From assembly GCA_964428325.1 (NCBI GenBank), contig CAYRXU010000004.1, forward strand, positions 1-56,496: a stretch of 56,496 nt of DNA. Direction: 5' to 3'. Below the pieces are notes generated by a model. The model made no database searches. It saw only the letters and a list, made by a program, of their open reading frames with translations, and was not told where the DNA came from. Position 1 is the first letter of the stretch, and each line of letters opens with the position of its first letter. The stretch comes from Candidatus Woesearchaeota archaeon (GTDB taxonomy: Archaea > Nanobdellota > Nanobdellia > Pacearchaeales > GW2011-AR1). This document shows, one piece after another, positions 28,089 to 37,203 of the stretch. A program made the position numbers and the translations under genes.

Positions 28089-28667
28089 ATGGTGATGGTA
28101 GACGATAAAAAAGAGATGGAGCACATCGCTCTTGTTCTAAAGCAAACCAAGAAAGCCCTCAAAGACTCTGATGCTCTACTTTTACAACAGCTTTCAGACC
28201 AAACAATCCACTCAGCGACCATTCATCAACACACAGATTTCATTGCGATAGCAGTTCTCATATATACACTCAACAAAATGGTCGCACATCGCGACAAAAT
28301 AAAAATAAAACGCTGGGATGCACTTACGACCAAACTCTCTAACGAAATCGACAAGTCGCTTGCAGAGCTAGAAAAAAGGGACGTCGAAGAATTTGCACGC
28401 CATCTTGAGCACATAAAAGATCTTCTAATTGATTTCTCGCCTAGCGCACGACAAGATATCCAAGAAGTCCTACGTAAGGCCGAAGTCAACAAAGCAACAA
28501 AGATCTACGAGCACGGCATCTCGCTCACAAAGACAGCCCACCTCCTCGGGATAACGCAATGGGAACTAGTAGATTACATCGGACAGAAAAACATTTTTGA
28601 CAATCCCCTCAATGCCACAATGGAAGTAAAAAAGCGAGCTAAAATGGTCGAGGACTTTTTCAAATGA
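28089..28667 (+). CDS. Helical protein with C-terminal UPF0175-like HTH
   Basis: GISLTKTAHLLGITQWEL. Confidence 0.55.
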   Translation: MVMVDDKKEMEHIALVLKQTKKALKDSDALLLQQLSDQTIHSATIHQHTDFIAIAVLIYTLNKMVAHRDKIKIKRWDALTTKLSNEIDKSLAELEKRDVEEFARHLEHIKDLLIDFSPSARQDIQEVLRKAEVNKATKIYEHGISLTKTAHLLGITQWELVDYIGQKNIFDNPLNATMEVKKRAKMVEDFFK

Positions 28668-29335
28668 AATGCCTTATATTTGATTCGGGACCACTCATCA
28701 ACTTCACACTAAATGGAATGCTTAACACCTTAGAACAACTAAAGAAAAACACGCAAGTAAAGTTCCTTATCACTATGGAGGTCAAACGTGAAATCTACGA
28801 TCATCCAGTCACAATAAGGCAATTCGAACTCGGAGCTCTAAGAATGAGAGATTTAATCGACAGAGGAATACTCGAAACACCAGAAAGCATGGGAATAAGC
28901 AGTGAGATGATTTCACAAGAAACACGCACACTCACCGACAAAGCCAACCACTCCCTACAAGCAGATGGGCAATGGGTACCACTCGTAAGCGAAGCAGAGA
29001 TGTCATGTTTCGCCCTTGCAAATGCACTCAAGGAAAAGAAAGTAGAAAGCATGATTGCCGTAGACGAGCGAACAGCACGTATGCTTGCAGAAAAGCCAGA
29101 AAGTTTAGCAAAAATCATGTCTCAAAAACTACACCAAGGCGTAGAGCTCGTCGTCAAACTCAAGGAAATAGCGGATGCAAAATGCATTCGCTCATCAGAG
29201 CTTATGTATGTTGCTTACAAGAAAGGCATCTTTACCATCAAAGATCCACGCACACTAGAGTCTCTTCTTTACGCCTCAAAGTTCAAAGGCTCTTCAATCA
29301 GCTGGGACGAAATAGAACAGTTTAAGAAACTGTAG
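28664..29335 (+). CDS. PIN-like (DUF3368-like) protein
   Basis: LIFDSGPLI, AEMSCFALA, IAVDERTAR. Confidence 0.65.
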   Translation: MKCLIFDSGPLINFTLNGMLNTLEQLKKNTQVKFLITMEVKREIYDHPVTIRQFELGALRMRDLIDRGILETPESMGISSEMISQETRTLTDKANHSLQADGQWVPLVSEAEMSCFALANALKEKKVESMIAVDERTARMLAEKPESLAKIMSQKLHQGVELVVKLKEIADAKCIRSSELMYVAYKKGIFTIKDPRTLESLLYASKFKGSSISWDEIEQFKKL

Positions 29336-29400
29336 ATTTGTAACTACTTGTCTGTGACAATAATAGATAGGTTTAAATAGTCATTTTCAAAATCCCAGCT

Positions 29401-29895
29401 ATGAAAAAATACGATTTCAAGCACGGTGTGCTATTTGATGCAGTAAAATCTATACGTAGCGGGAGAACCGAATATTTAGAGTCTCCAGCTATGCATGCTG
29501 AAAAACTTATACAAAGAACATTCGAGCGAGACCAAGAGTTCAAAAGATATTGCGACAGATTCGCTGAAAAAGAAGGACTTAGACCTTACTGCATTCTAGA
29601 CGCGCACGGAGATCAAATACAAAATAAATGGACATTCACTGACGGAAATAGAAGAGAGCCAGTACAATCTTGGGTAGATGAAAATGACGGACAATTTGGA
29701 ACTCTTGTTCTACACGTATGTAATCCTCAACATGCACTCCCTCATTCTAGAAAATCTCTCATCTTAGTGTCAGATGGAGACGTAATGGTAAGAGATGATT
29801 CAGCAGTTGAAAGCCATAAATGGAGCATCCTACATCCGAAACATGGAGAAATAACGAATTATACAATTGAATCAGCACTAAGAGAACTTAGATAA
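29401..29895 (+). CDS. Hypothetical protein
   Basis: 164 aa; TTTAAA 29 nt upstream. Confidence 0.6.
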   Translation: MKKYDFKHGVLFDAVKSIRSGRTEYLESPAMHAEKLIQRTFERDQEFKRYCDRFAEKEGLRPYCILDAHGDQIQNKWTFTDGNRREPVQSWVDENDGQFGTLVLHVCNPQHALPHSRKSLILVSDGDVMVRDDSAVESHKWSILHPKHGEITNYTIESALRELR

Positions 29896-29896
29896 A

Positions 29897-29967
29897 TGGA
29901 CCTGAAGGGAATCGAACCCCTGTCCTCTGCTCTGGAGGCAGATATCCTACCATTGAACGACAGATCC
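29897..29967 (-). tRNA. tRNA-Trp(CCA), intronless
   Basis: GGATCTG...CAGGTCC acceptor; anticodon arm TCTGC-CTCCAGA-GCAGA. Confidence 0.95.
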
Positions 29968-30119
29968 GTTATTTCCTAAAAACAAAGGGCTGTTTTAAGT
30001 CTTCGCATCAGAGAGTTTTCAGCTAAAGTTTAAACTTGAAGATGCTCAGAAATGCGACGTCAAAGAAGCATTCCTAACATCGGAAGAACATTTATAAACA
30101 ATTTTACCCCTTATAAGAG

Positions 30120-30536
30120 ATGCATAAAAAAGAGGCTAAGCACACACATAGTGCCCATCATGCAACATCATCTTCTTCACCGCGCCAGCTTGAAGAACGT
30201 TTGATCGATAATCTTGTTCAGTTACAAAAAGTCCATACAGACCTAGCAGACAAGTTCCACGCACTATCAAAGCAAATCGAAAGCCTTGTCGGACTCTTTG
30301 AGTTATCAGCACGGGCATTTGCAAAGCAAGTCAATGTGCCAGGTGCAGAAAAAGATAGAGAATTTTTAGATAAAATAGACAGACTCCTAGATCAAAACAA
30401 GACTATTGCAAAGGGCCTTACACTCATGGAAGAGAAAATGCGTGAAAGGCTCTACGGCACTCAACCGCAAGCATCACCTTCACCATTTTCGCGTCCTGCT
30501 CCAGTCGTTGATGCACGTCCATTGCCACGTATCTAA
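30120..30536 (+). CDS. Hypothetical coiled-coil protein
   Basis: 138 aa; TTTATA 29 nt upstream. Confidence 0.65.
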   Translation: MHKKEAKHTHSAHHATSSSSPRQLEERLIDNLVQLQKVHTDLADKFHALSKQIESLVGLFELSARAFAKQVNVPGAEKDREFLDKIDRLLDQNKTIAKGLTLMEEKMRERLYGTQPQASPSPFSRPAPVVDARPLPRI

Positions 30537-30538
30537 GT

Positions 30539-31078
30539 ATGGCGCCCCCTACACCTACCGAATTGCGGCAACAGTTTCTTCTTGAATTTACGAGAGCAGT
30601 TATAGAAACAATGGCTTCTCGTCCAGGAGTAAAAGAAGTACCTCAAATAATGGGCGACCTTGTCCCCTCTGTGCATCCACAAGAAGTAGTGTTCCCCATT
30701 GTGCAAACCCCGGTGCAAAATTCCTTCGCCATACCTTCACAAGTTCACACAGTTCCCCAACCCACAAAATCTCTTGCACAAACACCTACACAACTTAAGA
30801 CTATCCTAGAAGACAGTAGCATAAACGCTATCGAGTGCCAAGGTCCAAACAAACCACTTGTACTAAGAAGGCAAGGAGCAACAGTGCTCAGTTCGATCAC
30901 ACTATCGGAAACAGAAATACAAAAGCAAATCAATCAATGGGCAGACAACACAAACTCTCCAATTACAAATGGAGTCCTAAGAGCAGACAATGAAAATTTA
31001 ACAATAACTGCTGTCGTCTCAGATCTAATAGGTAGTAGATTTATGGTGATACGGAAGCCATCCGCGCACGCACTATAA
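30539..31078 (+). CDS. Hypothetical protein resembling the N-terminal domain of type II/IV secretion ATPases
   Basis: ILEDSSINAIECQGPNKPL resembles LLxDPxIEEIxxNG; no Walker motifs. Confidence 0.5.
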   Translation: MAPPTPTELRQQFLLEFTRAVIETMASRPGVKEVPQIMGDLVPSVHPQEVVFPIVQTPVQNSFAIPSQVHTVPQPTKSLAQTPTQLKTILEDSSINAIECQGPNKPLVLRRQGATVLSSITLSETEIQKQINQWADNTNSPITNGVLRADNENLTITAVVSDLIGSRFMVIRKPSAHAL

Positions 31079-32915
31079 GCGTTAGTAACAAGGCAGAAGC
31101 AAGTGATAATATCCACCAAATAAGTGCGCCGCGATCCTTCTCTTCCTCACGGCACTGTCGACAATCAGGACCTCCACAATCTGCTCCTGCTTCATTAATA
31201 TCCTTGATCATATTGTAACAATGTATAGGATAACGCTTGCCTGATTGCATCAACAACACGCGTAATGTTGGCAACTGATCATCAAAGATAACTTGTGCAA
31301 CTGGAGCAGACAACTGCTCGCTAATCAAGGCTACACCTTGCTCACCTGGAGCCAAAGGATTCTCACGGGTACCTTCGTATGGCGCAACGCTCACAACAGC
31401 CGAATCTCCTTGAACCCTAATCACAGTAACAGACAAATCATAGTTTCGATCGCCATCTAAATCAAAAACGCGCGTTTCCCCTTCAAGAACCTCTGCTTCC
31501 TGGGGTGTGCTTGAAACGCGGATGTGCACGCGCTTACCCTCAACATTCTGCACACTCACCGAATGATCACTGCCACGAACATTTACCACAATCTTTGCAT
31601 TCTCTTCAAGCTCGCGCGTGACGCTTCCATACAAAAGCAAATCCTGTTCAGTATATTCATGTACACGAGTACTATCAGCACGTACACCAGAACTTGCACG
31701 CGCCGTCTGTCGAGGTATAACTACAGGAATATCTGCTGGGCCGTCCAAGGTTGGACTATCATCAGCAATAGTGCTCAAATCAACCTTAAGACTTGGAACA
31801 ATACACAACTGAGTATCGGTAAAGGTGGTGCCACAAACTTCATCATAGCAAGTGCGCGACTGCACAAGCTCAGGCGTAGAACCCTCAAGAGAAACTAATC
31901 CCCCAAGTGAAGGGCTGCTACAAGCACTATAAGGGCCGCAAACAACTTCAACACCACATACACGATTCTCATCAGGATCGTCCACACCCGAAACACCTGG
32001 AGTAACGCCTGGCTTGACTTCCCCTTCTGGAGTAACTTCAGACTCAACAATAAAAGAACGTTCGGAAGTAGCAAAAGTCTCTTCCTTGTAAACGAAAGAG
32101 ATATGCAAATCAGCCCATTTACGTGGCGTAGTAAATGAGAACTTGCCCAAGTTAAGAGGTACTCGCATCTCGGGGTCAGAGAATCCTTCAACCTTTTCTG
32201 TATAAAGCGAACTGATGCGTGCAGCAGTACCTTGCTGTGTTAAGGAAACAAGAGAGAGATCAACATTCTGTCCCCGCAATTTAACTGATTCTATACGCCC
32301 GAATTTTCCTACAGGCAAGGTTACTTCAACATCTTCACCTGCGCGCAAAAGAAATAAGCGTTCTCCAGTGATTAGCTCTGAGATAACATTTGCAGTCGTG
32401 CTAGCTGATTCTCCTATCGTAACAGATTCTCCGGGAGAAGCGGTCTCGCCCCCTCCCTCTTCTTCAGGAACAGCACTCGAGACACTCACCGAAGGCACAT
32501 TATTGGAAGAATCAATAGGTTTTCTTCCTCCAGTAGATCTAGTTGTAGCCGGAGAGATATCAGACAAAGCCAACATAACCTCAACATAAGGAGCATATTC
32601 AACCAATTCGGCCTTATCAAGATAGGAAGGGTCTATAATGTCGCGCAAGGGCATCTGTTTAGTCAATGTATTGATACTCAAAACAACGTTACTATCTAAA
32701 GGCAAGATACCTGCATCCCCAACACGATAAAGAAACGTTCCTTCAATAGTTTCTCCGGCTAAAGCTTTCTCAATTACGAAATCACCAGCAACACGCCCAG
32801 TCAAGGTGAACTCAAAAAAAGCCACGCTTGCAACAAGCACAATGATAGCAAAGACCAAGCTAGCAATCAACACTCTGCGAGAAAAATCATGGCTAATGGC
32901 GCGCCTCTCTTCCAT
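31041..32915 (-). CDS. Membrane-anchored surface protein with Cys-rich segments
   Basis: N- and C-terminal TMs, DCGGPDC motif, DLDGD module. Confidence 0.7.
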   Translation of the reverse strand: MEERRAISHDFSRRVLIASLVFAIIVLVASVAFFEFTLTGRVAGDFVIEKALAGETIEGTFLYRVGDAGILPLDSNVVLSINTLTKQMPLRDIIDPSYLDKAELVEYAPYVEVMLALSDISPATTRSTGGRKPIDSSNNVPSVSVSSAVPEEEGGGETASPGESVTIGESASTTANVISELITGERLFLLRAGEDVEVTLPVGKFGRIESVKLRGQNVDLSLVSLTQQGTAARISSLYTEKVEGFSDPEMRVPLNLGKFSFTTPRKWADLHISFVYKEETFATSERSFIVESEVTPEGEVKPGVTPGVSGVDDPDENRVCGVEVVCGPYSACSSPSLGGLVSLEGSTPELVQSRTCYDEVCGTTFTDTQLCIVPSLKVDLSTIADDSPTLDGPADIPVVIPRQTARASSGVRADSTRVHEYTEQDLLLYGSVTRELEENAKIVVNVRGSDHSVSVQNVEGKRVHIRVSSTPQEAEVLEGETRVFDLDGDRNYDLSVTVIRVQGDSAVVSVAPYEGTRENPLAPGEQGVALISEQLSAPVAQVIFDDQLPTLRVLLMQSGKRYPIHCYNMIKDINEAGADCGGPDCRQCREEEKDRGALIWWILSLASALLLTLIVRARMASVSP

Positions 32916-32991
32916 ATCCCAAAAAGCGGATTAAACTATATAATACTATCGAGGACGAGACCTTTATATACAACACAGAGGTATATCACTT

Positions 32992-33681
32992 ATGAAAAAG
33001 AGAGTGCTAGTTTTAAGTGTGGGGGGAAGCGTTATAATACCAGACAAAAAGAACGATGATTTCTTACTTCAACTGCGAACAACACTCAAAAAACACTATC
33101 GCACCCATAAATTTGTTCTTGTATGTGGTGGCGGATCAGTAGCCCGTGCTTACATCAACGTACTTGCAAAAGAACACAAAAGTCTCAAAGAACAATCAGA
33201 AGCAGGCATTCGAGCAACACGTATGAATGCGCAACTTGTCATGCAAGTCTTTGGTAAGGAAGCCAATGCGGAACTGCCCATGGATATGCGCTCAGTAAAA
33301 TCAGAGCTGGCAAAGAATAATGTTGTTGTCTGTGGCGCATTAAGATATGCCCCTAATCAAACATCAGACACAACGGCAGCCAAGCTAGCATCCTACCTCA
33401 AATCAGAATTCGTCAACCTCACCAATGTCCCGGGACTTTACACAAGCGATCCGAGAATACACAAAACAGCTAAACTCATTCCAACAATCTCATGGAAAGA
33501 CTTTGAAGAAAAAGCACACGCAATAACTTTCAAGCCTGGAGAACACTTTGTACTTGACCAAAAAGCAGCGACACTCATCAAGAAAAAAAAGATTCCAACT
33601 TATATTCTAGGAAAAGACGCTAAGAATCTAAACGCATTCCTTAAAAAAGCGCGATGGGTAGGAACATCCATAGTCGAATGA
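32992..33681 (+). CDS. pyrH: Uridylate kinase
   Basis: LSVGGS, VCGGG, TSD, TNVPGLYTSDP, LDQKA. Confidence 0.93.
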   Translation: MKKRVLVLSVGGSVIIPDKKNDDFLLQLRTTLKKHYRTHKFVLVCGGGSVARAYINVLAKEHKSLKEQSEAGIRATRMNAQLVMQVFGKEANAELPMDMRSVKSELAKNNVVVCGALRYAPNQTSDTTAAKLASYLKSEFVNLTNVPGLYTSDPRIHKTAKLIPTISWKDFEEKAHAITFKPGEHFVLDQKAATLIKKKKIPTYILGKDAKNLNAFLKKARWVGTSIVE

Positions 33682-34049
33682 GATTAGCACACGCAAACGA
33701 AACAGAAAAAGCCAGAAAACTCATAGAGTCAAAATCCTGCGATATACTAGTCATAAACCTAGAAGGAAAGGACAGTATCAAAACCCTCAACACGGTCATT
33801 ACTCCATTTCTGGCACGAATTGCTAACGAAAACAAAGTTGCTATTGGCATTGATGTAAAAAAACTCAACGCCTTGCCGCCTACGGAAAGAGCAAGAGTGC
33901 TAGCAAGGTGGCGTGAAATCATAGCCTACTGCAGAAAAACAAACACAAAGATAGCAACGAACGTATCAAAGCACGAATCGCGAGCGCTCCTTATCTCACT
34001 GAGTGCTTCAACAACACAAGCCGCAAACGTTCTAACACAAGCTTTTTAA
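33678..34049 (+). CDS. Short RNase P subunit Rpp30-like protein
   Basis: DIL...ARIANENKVAIGID...LARWREIIAYCRK resembles the Rpp30 core; ATG overlaps the pyrH stop. Confidence 0.55.
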   Translation: MRLAHANETEKARKLIESKSCDILVINLEGKDSIKTLNTVITPFLARIANENKVAIGIDVKKLNALPPTERARVLARWREIIAYCRKTNTKIATNVSKHESRALLISLSASTTQAANVLTQAF

Positions 34050-34071
34050 TCATTCTCCATCTCCTAACCCT

Positions 34072-35577
34072 ATGAAGGAAATCAAAGACTCCCTCTCACC
34101 AATTGAGAGAAAAATTCTGCCATTTATCGCACTACCTTTGGACAAAATACAGGAAAAGGCGAAGCTAGATGAAACTTCAGTCATCCGAGCCCTCAAGTTC
34201 CTTGCAAACAAAAAGCTAATCGACCTCATCCAAAAGCAGACTCAGACTATTGATCTTGGGGTAAACGGAGTGTATTATAAAAAACACCACTTACCAGAAC
34301 GTGTCCTCATTCACACATTGGAAAAGCATCCACGCATCACACTTGAGGAAGCTGAAAAACACTCTGGTCTTTCGTCGAACGAATTCAAGGCAGCCCTCGG
34401 TGCACTCAAACGCAAAGCCCTTCTAGACATAACCAACAACAAAATGATCCTAAAGGGAAAACATGAAGAGCTCATGCATAAGTTCCCTGAAGAAAAACTT
34501 CTCGAGCGGCTCCCTAAAGTTAAAGAAGATTTGACAGATGAAGAACGCTATGCCTATGAACTTCTCAAAAGCAGAAAAGACATTATTGAGATCATAGAAA
34601 AGCAAGAACTTACATATAAACCAACGGCGCTAGGTACAAAACTCCTTGCAGAAAAACTCGAGGATAGTGATCTTATAGAAGAAGTCACACCAGAGTTAAT
34701 CAAATCAGGAACAGACAACAAACAATTCAGAAAATACGACATACAATCGCAAGGTCCAAAACTACACGGGGGCAAGAGGCACTTTGTAAATGAAGGACGC
34801 GCATTCGCAAAAAGAATTTGGACAGAACTTGGATTCAAAGAAATGACAGGGCCTTCAATAGATAGCTCGTTTTGGATATTCGATGCGCTATTTACAGCAC
34901 AAGACCACCCCGTAAGAGAAATGCAAGACACATTCTACATAAAGAATAATTCAACAGACCTGCCACAGGATGCAAAAATCATCGCACGCGTTCAACAAGC
35001 TCATGAGAAAGGTATCGCAGATAGCAAGGGTTGGAACTACATATGGAACAAAGAACAAGCCAAACACCTTGCACTCAGAACTCACACAACCTCTCTATCA
35101 GCACGCACCCTCGCATCTCTCAAACAAAGCGACCTACCAGCAAAATACTTCGCCATTGGCAAAGCATTCCGTAATGAAACTATTGACTGGTCTCACGGAA
35201 TAGAATTTTATCAAACGGAAGGGATAGTCGCGAGTAAAGATGTCAACTTCAGGCATCTCCTAGGTTATTTGAAGATATTCTACAAGAAGATGGGCTTCGA
35301 AAAAATAAGATTTAGACCAAGCTTCTTCCCTTATACAGAACCATCAGTAGAAATCGATGTATTCCATAAAGAAAAGGGTGTATGGCTTGAGCTCGGTGGG
35401 GCAGGCATGCTGAGGCCAGAAGTAACCGCTGCGCTTATGGGAACAACAGTGCCTGTGCTAGCATGGGGACAAGGCCTAGATCGCATCATCATGGACGCAT
35501 ATGCCATCAAAGACCTCAGAGAACTCTATAACAACGACCTCAACACATTAAGAAACAAAAAGGCGGCGCTCATATAA
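34072..35577 (+). CDS. pheS: Phenylalanine--tRNA ligase alpha subunit (archaeal type)
   Basis: AQDHPVREMQDTF, LRTHTT, FRNE, FFPYTEPS, ELGGAG, AWGQGLDR. Confidence 0.97.
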   Translation: MKEIKDSLSPIERKILPFIALPLDKIQEKAKLDETSVIRALKFLANKKLIDLIQKQTQTIDLGVNGVYYKKHHLPERVLIHTLEKHPRITLEEAEKHSGLSSNEFKAALGALKRKALLDITNNKMILKGKHEELMHKFPEEKLLERLPKVKEDLTDEERYAYELLKSRKDIIEIIEKQELTYKPTALGTKLLAEKLEDSDLIEEVTPELIKSGTDNKQFRKYDIQSQGPKLHGGKRHFVNEGRAFAKRIWTELGFKEMTGPSIDSSFWIFDALFTAQDHPVREMQDTFYIKNNSTDLPQDAKIIARVQQAHEKGIADSKGWNYIWNKEQAKHLALRTHTTSLSARTLASLKQSDLPAKYFAIGKAFRNETIDWSHGIEFYQTEGIVASKDVNFRHLLGYLKIFYKKMGFEKIRFRPSFFPYTEPSVEIDVFHKEKGVWLELGGAGMLRPEVTAALMGTTVPVLAWGQGLDRIIMDAYAIKDLRELYNNDLNTLRNKKAALI

Positions 35578-37202
35578 TGGCAAAATTAAAGTTCTCGCGA
35601 ACACTTATGGAACAGCACATCAAGCTGGACAACGCAACACTTGCGCAATTCAATCTATTCGGAACCCCTCTAGAATCATTGAGTGATGACGAGGTCGAAC
35701 TAGAAATATCCGCAAACCGAGCAGACCTTTTCTCAACCTACGGATTCCTACGAGCATTCCAAGCATACCAAGGAAAAAACACAGGCCTTCGCACCTATAA
35801 AGTAAATCGTGAAAGCAAGCCAGCATACAAAGTCATAGTTGACAAGAGCGTAAAATCCGTAAGACCTCACACCGTATGCGCCATAGTCACCAACCTCAAA
35901 CTCACAGAAATAAACCTAAAAGAAATTATCAACTTACAAGAAAAACTCCACCTTACAATAGGTCGTCAAAGAAAGAAATGTGCTATCGGAGTCTATCCAT
36001 TAGATAAGATAACATTCCCAGTAAAATATGAAGCTCGCAAGCCAGCAGACATAATTTTCATACCGCTTGGGGAATCGAGACCACTTTCAGCACAACAAAT
36101 CTTGCAAAAACATCCAACCGGCAAAACCTATGCACACTTGCTCGAAAAAGAAGAAAAATATCCTATATTCGTAGACGCAAAAAAGCAAATCCTATCAATG
36201 CCTCCAATCATCAATAGCCAAGAAACAGGCCAGGCCACAGTAAAGACAAATGCACTTTTCGTAGAATGCTCTGGTTATGACATCCCAACTCTCAATGCGG
36301 TTCTCTCAGTAATTGTAGCCACACTTGCTGAAATGGGCGGATCGATAGAAGCGGTAGAAATACAAGACGACCGCAAACACATAACGCCAGAACTCAAACC
36401 TCAGAAAATAAAGATAAGCAGGGAATCCATAGAAAAAACGCTCGGCCTAACCTTATCAGAGAAAGAAATAGAAAAGCTCCTGGCGCGCATGGGACACACA
36501 TACACAAAAGGAACGGTGCAGTACAGCGCAGCACGAACAGACATCCTCCATGAAATAGACATCATAGAAGATATAGCGATTGCTTATGGTTATGATAATC
36601 TTATCCCCCTAGTACCTCAAGTTCCAGGAGAAGGAGAAGAATCACATACTGCAAAGATCGATGCAAAAATCATAGAAATGCTCACAGGTCTAGGATTCAT
36701 AGAAACCTCTTCCCTGCACTTCGTAACAGCTGAAGAAGTCACACACGAAGAGCAAAAGCAGCTCCTAGAACTAGAAAGCCCGAGAACAGAGTACGCATAT
36801 CTAAGACCCAATCTAATCATCCCAACGCTCAGAACACTTTCGCACAACCTCCATGCAGAATACCCTCAAAAAATATGCGAGACAGGCACCGTCTTTGTGA
36901 AGCACAATGATGAAATTAAAGAGACACCTCGCCTAATCATCGCCCACTCCCCTGCAAATTTCACAACCGTAAAGCAAGCGCTCGATTACATTTTCCGCAT
37001 GCTCAACATCCAATACACAGTTGAAGAAACAAAAGTCCAAGGTTGCATTGATGGTCGTACAGCTTCAATCCACATCGATAACAAACGTATCGGCTTCCTA
37101 GGAGAAATTCATCCGAAAACACTTCGCGATTGGCACCTCAAAATGCCCCTAGCACTCGCAGAACTCGACCTTACTCACATCTATGAGAAATTGATAAGGT
37201 AA
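35577..37202 (+). CDS. pheT: Phenylalanine--tRNA ligase beta subunit
   Basis: ANRADL, LSMPPIINS, RTDILHEIDIIEDIAIAYG, GEIHP. Confidence 0.97.
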   Translation: MAKLKFSRTLMEQHIKLDNATLAQFNLFGTPLESLSDDEVELEISANRADLFSTYGFLRAFQAYQGKNTGLRTYKVNRESKPAYKVIVDKSVKSVRPHTVCAIVTNLKLTEINLKEIINLQEKLHLTIGRQRKKCAIGVYPLDKITFPVKYEARKPADIIFIPLGESRPLSAQQILQKHPTGKTYAHLLEKEEKYPIFVDAKKQILSMPPIINSQETGQATVKTNALFVECSGYDIPTLNAVLSVIVATLAEMGGSIEAVEIQDDRKHITPELKPQKIKISRESIEKTLGLTLSEKEIEKLLARMGHTYTKGTVQYSAARTDILHEIDIIEDIAIAYGYDNLIPLVPQVPGEGEESHTAKIDAKIIEMLTGLGFIETSSLHFVTAEEVTHEEQKQLLELESPRTEYAYLRPNLIIPTLRTLSHNLHAEYPQKICETGTVFVKHNDEIKETPRLIIAHSPANFTTVKQALDYIFRMLNIQYTVEETKVQGCIDGRTASIHIDNKRIGFLGEIHPKTLRDWHLKMPLALAELDLTHIYEKLIR

Positions 37203-37203
37203 A

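Noticed and set aside
29897-29967. tRNA-Trp lacking the C/D-guide intron found in many euryarchaea
   Set aside because: Intron presence varies widely among archaea; not distinctive by itself.
30026-30037. Perfect palindrome AAGTTTAAACTT between divergent promoters
   Set aside because: AT-rich 12-mer expected by chance; no second copy noticed.
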